Below, piece by piece: positions 61,362 through 64,000 of a stretch of 64,000 nucleotides of DNA (positions are counted from its first letter, which is position 1; every line of letters begins with the position of its first letter). Below the pieces are notes generated by a model that worked only from the letters and a program-made list of their open reading frames with translations, was not told the origin of the DNA and searched no databases. The DNA is from Patescibacteria group bacterium. Its GTDB lineage: Bacteria; Patescibacteriota; Patescibacteriia; Patescibacteriales; UBA12075. A program made the position numbers and the translations under genes. The stretch is taken from positions 476,565 through 540,564 of the forward strand of contig JAHILH010000001.1 of assembly GCA_018897195.1 (NCBI GenBank). Reading direction: 5' to 3'.

Positions 61362-62858
61362 CTAGAATTTCAGATAAGCCCAGGGTAGCTTTTCGAGAGT
61401 TTGGGCAATAAAAATTATATAAGCCAAGGAAATTTTGGCGGGAAAAAATAAGACCAGAGCAAAACTTGGGAAAACAAAACTGGCAATCAGACCAGCAATT
61501 AGCGACGCTAACAAGAACGGCAGCGTCCAGAGAATTAATAAATTTGCCAAGGGGGCGATGAGAGAAAATTGCTTGAAACTGAAAAATAAGATTGGGAAAG
61601 TGAGAATCTGAATTAGCAATGAAATCGAAATAATCTCGAAGAAGATTTTGTAAAATTGCCTATTTAAAAATGGATATTTATCAATTAACTTTGCGTAAAG
61701 TTTAAGAAATTGTGGATGCAAAAAAATAATCGCAAAAACCGCCAAGAACGACAGCTGGAAGCCAGCGTCATAACGTAGCAACATGGGATTGAATAATAGC
61801 ATAACCGCTGCGGCAAAAACTAGAGAAATGTCCATACGATTGAGTCGACCTAAATGTATGCCAAGCAAAACAAGCATACCCATCACCAATGACCGCACCG
61901 CTGCCGCGGTCGCGCCAATCATAATAATATACACCGTCAAGGTTATTGAAATCACATAAAAAAGTTGCTGCCGCCAAAATCCAAGCGCCAAGAAAACGAA
62001 GGCCAAGATGACAATCAGAATCGCGACGTGCGACCCGGAAATCGAGATCACGTGGCTCAAACCCGTGCGTGCAAAACTATTATTCAAATTCTCATCCATC
62101 GCTCCCATATCCCCCAAAATCATCGCCCGCCCAAAACTCGCTTCCGGCTCGCTCATGCCTTGGTTAATTTTGGTGCGCAGGATATTTTTGAATTTATAGA
62201 TATTGGAATAAATTAAATCGACCACGTCCAGCTCCGTATCCAGCTTTTTGATATTTTTGGGATAATAACAAACGCTATAAATATCATAGCGCGCCAGATA
62301 TTTATCATACGCAAAACCTTCAAATTCTTCTGGTGCTTTTAATTTACAGGTCAATGAGACGACATCGCCGTAGGCAAATTCGGGATAGAGATTTGTTGTC
62401 ACTAAAACCTTACCTTCAACCACTTCCCCCTCACCCCGACCCTCTCCCGCGGGGCGAGGGAGTTTAAATTCCTGCTTTGCGATTTGTAGATTATTAAGAG
62501 TTATTTTCTGATTACTCTTTTTTAAACTCGGCTCTTCACTCACCTTGCCAATCAATTGCACTTCTTGATTATTATAATACCAAATCTTATTAGCGTCCGT
62601 TTTTGGAATTGTCAAAGAGAAACGCCAGATGCCAAGCAAAGCAAAAAAGCTAAGTAAAAAAAACATATTTATTAGGATATGTTTCTTATTGGCTGTATTC
62701 CAGACTAAAAAAGTCAGAACTGTGAAAATGATACTGGCAGCAAACCACTGGATGTCATTTTTAAGGAAGCTAATAGGCAAAAAAGATGCGATGGTAATGC
62801 CGGTTATAAAGGCGAGACAGGAATAGAAGAATAGTTTTGATTTGGAAAAAGGAAGCAT
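61362..62858 (-). CDS. comEC: DNA internalisation competence protein ComEC (OB/DUF4131 plus competence domain; no metallo-beta-lactamase domain seen)
   Basis: Start moved to the ATG at plus 62856-62858 (MLPFSKSKLFFYS). The track's N-terminal extension reads through a family-A repeat and overlaps the DUF559 gene. The protein is multi-TM. FARTGLSHVISISGSHVAIL is typical of ComEC. It contains a family-A repeat in frame. Confidence 0.85.
   Translation of the reverse strand: MLPFSKSKLFFYSCLAFITGITIASFLPISFLKNDIQWFAASIIFTVLTFLVWNTANKKHILINMFFLLSFFALLGIWRFSLTIPKTDANKIWYYNNQEVQLIGKVSEEPSLKKSNQKITLNNLQIAKQEFKLPRPAGEGRGEGEVVEGKVLVTTNLYPEFAYGDVVSLTCKLKAPEEFEGFAYDKYLARYDIYSVCYYPKNIKKLDTELDVVDLIYSNIYKFKNILRTKINQGMSEPEASFGRAMILGDMGAMDENLNNSFARTGLSHVISISGSHVAILIVILAFVFLALGFWRQQLFYVISITLTVYIIMIGATAAAVRSLVMGMLVLLGIHLGRLNRMDISLVFAAAVMLLFNPMLLRYDAGFQLSFLAVFAIIFLHPQFLKLYAKLIDKYPFLNRQFYKIFFEIISISLLIQILTFPILFFSFKQFSLIAPLANLLILWTLPFLLASLIAGLIASFVFPSFALVLFFPAKISLAYIIFIAQTLEKLPWAYLKF
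62426..62462 (+). repeat. Family-A repeat inside the comEC coding sequence
   Basis: Sequence ccccctcaccccgaccctctcccgcggggcgagggag. On the comEC strand it reads in frame as LPRPAGEGRGEGE. Confidence 0.9.
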
Positions 62859-62867
62859 GCTAATATA

Positions 62868-62903
62868 TTCCCTCGCCCCGCGGGAGAGGGCCAGGGTGAG
62901 GGG
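62868..62903 (-). repeat. Family-A repeat, inverted copy
   Basis: Sequence ttccctcgccccgcgggagagggccagggtgagggg. It lies 5 nt downstream of the DUF559 stop codon. Confidence 0.85.
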
Positions 62904-62908
62904 TCGGT

Positions 62909-63289
62909 TTATAAATGAAGAATGTTTACCCGCTCTCGACATGTCGCCACAATATCCTCCAATACTAATATTAAATTTTCTTTTACGTCTGAATTGTTAT
63001 ACCTCTTTACTAAAAAACCCTGCTCTTCTAAAAATTTTTGTCGCTTAACGTCATATTGAATTTCCTTGTCAGTGCTATGCGTAGCGCCATCAAGTTCAAC
63101 AACTAACTTAGCCTCAAAACAACAAAAATCAACTATATATTTATCAATACCGAATTGTTTTTTAAATTTAAAATCCCCGAGCTGACTATCTCTGACTCTT
63201 CCCCATAAAATTCGCTCACAAGTTATGGGCTGTTTTCTTAAAACTTTACGGATATTTTTTTGTTGGGGTTGGTTAAATAATTTTGTCAT
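62909..63289 (-). CDS. DUF559 (Vsr-like / restriction endonuclease-fold) domain protein
   Basis: 126 aa. Motifs: ERILWGRVRDSQLGDFKFKKQFGIDKYIVDFCCFEAKLVVELDGATH...DVKRQKFLEEQGFLVKRY. Confidence 0.8.
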   Translation of the reverse strand: MTKLFNQPQQKNIRKVLRKQPITCERILWGRVRDSQLGDFKFKKQFGIDKYIVDFCCFEAKLVVELDGATHSTDKEIQYDVKRQKFLEEQGFLVKRYNNSDVKENLILVLEDIVATCRERVNILHL

Positions 63290-63303
63290 TTTTTTCTAAG
63301 ACT

Positions 63304-63340
63304 GCCCCTCACCCCAACCCTCTCCCGCGGGGCGAGGGAG
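63304..63340 (+). repeat. Family-A repeat, forward copy
   Basis: Sequence gcccctcaccccaaccctctcccgcggggcgagggag. It lies 14 nt upstream of the DUF559 start codon. Confidence 0.9.
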
Positions 63341-63366
63341 TATTATAGCCATCTTCGATTTAATTT

Positions 63367-64000
63367 TTACACTTCCCTAATCCACCGCAAATACTCTTCC
63401 ATAAATCTCTCCAAATCGCCATTCAAAACCCCATCAATATCCTGCGTCTCGCATTGGGTGCGGTGATCCTTGACCATTTTATACGGCTGCATGACGTACG
63501 AGCGAATCTGTTTGCCCCACTCTGCCTTTTGCGCTTCACCCTTGATTTTGCGCTCTTCTTTTTCGCGCTCTTCCTCTTGGAGTTTAAACAATTTTGACTT
63601 CAAAATCTTCAAAGCTGATTCCTTGTTTTGGTGTTGTGATTTTTCGTTTTGGCAGGTCACAACAATACCGGACGCCAAATGCTTGATGCGCACCGCTGAA
63701 TCTGTTGTGTTCACACTCTGCCCGCCTGGCCCTGATGAGCGAAAAACATCAATGCGAATATCACTATCGGCAATCTCAATATCCACCGCCTCGGGCAATT
63801 CCGGAATTACCTCCACAAGCGCAAAAGAAGTGTGACGCATCGCCTCCGAGTCAAAGGGCGAAATCCTAACCAGGCGATGAACACCAGATTCGCTTTTAAA
63901 ATAGCCGTAAGCCCAACGACCATAGATATGATAAGTCGCGCTCTTAATTCCCGCTTCAGCGCCGACAGTGCGATCAATTAGATTCACTTTCCACTTACGC
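63367..64000 (-). CDS. prfB: peptide chain release factor 2 (N-terminal part outside the window)
   Basis: The reading frame stays open to the window edge; the track's M at 63987 is a GTG inside the ORF. Motifs: GIKSATYHIYG, HRLVRISPFDS (SPF), SSGPGGQSVNTTDSAVRIKH (GGQ). Confidence 0.92.
   Translation of the reverse strand, partial: RKWKVNLIDRTVGAEAGIKSATYHIYGRWAYGYFKSESGVHRLVRISPFDSEAMRHTSFALVEVIPELPEAVDIEIADSDIRIDVFRSSGPGGQSVNTTDSAVRIKHLASGIVVTCQNEKSQHQNKESALKILKSKLFKLQEEEREKEERKIKGEAQKAEWGKQIRSYVMQPYKMVKDHRTQCETQDIDGVLNGDLERFMEEYLRWIREV

Noticed and set aside
62859-62942. N-terminal extension of ComEC (MSRAGKHSSFINRPLTLALSRGAREYIS...)
   Set aside because: The extension reads through the inverted family-A repeat (LTLALSRGARE) and overlaps the 3' end of the DUF559 gene. 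An internal ATG (MLPFSKSKLFF) begins the hydrophobic ComEC body.

Overview
The window looks like a compact, strongly strand-biased bacterial chromosome segment. All but three protein genes are on the minus strand. The gene content resembles a reduced-genome Patescibacteria/CPR-type organism: a DUF5671-like membrane protein, type IV pilus genes with no flagellar genes, ComEC, and many small housekeeping genes. This taxonomic guess is an inference.

Recognisable blocks, in order:
- recQ
- an SOS module (lexA, a Y-family polymerase, and a GAAC-N4-GTTC operator)
- fba, tpiA, a D-Ala-D-Ala carboxypeptidase, scpB and scpA
- ndk
- uvrB and uvrC, convergent, with an IS200-like RAYT element flanked by REP hairpins between them
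- a co-directional run of about 23 kb carrying type IV pilus genes (pilM-like, four pseudopilins, pilC, pilB), recO, ruvX and map, abutting a full chemosensory set (cheD, 3x cheC-like, cheA, cheB, 2x cheY, cheW, 2 MCPs) and two-component genes
- glycosyltransferases interleaved with nucleotide house-cleaning and repair genes (MazG-like, Nudix, AlkD-like, rdgB)
- an rlmD-type methyltransferase
- comEC, a DUF559 endonuclease and prfB
- four tRNAs (Tyr, Thr, Leu, Pro)

Most notable observations:
1. A GC-rich, REP-like palindromic repeat family has nine copies. Two lie in frame inside uvrC and comEC. Two inverted copies bracket the DUF559 gene.
2. An AT-rich, terminator-dense island (about 16.4-21.1 kb) holds two orphan GGDEF-type proteins, several micro-ORFs, consensus promoters and about 0.6 kb with no ORF of 60 aa or more.
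3. The chemosensory genes are fused directly to the pilus genes, and the cluster shows recent tandem duplications.

No CRISPR array and no rRNA were seen.
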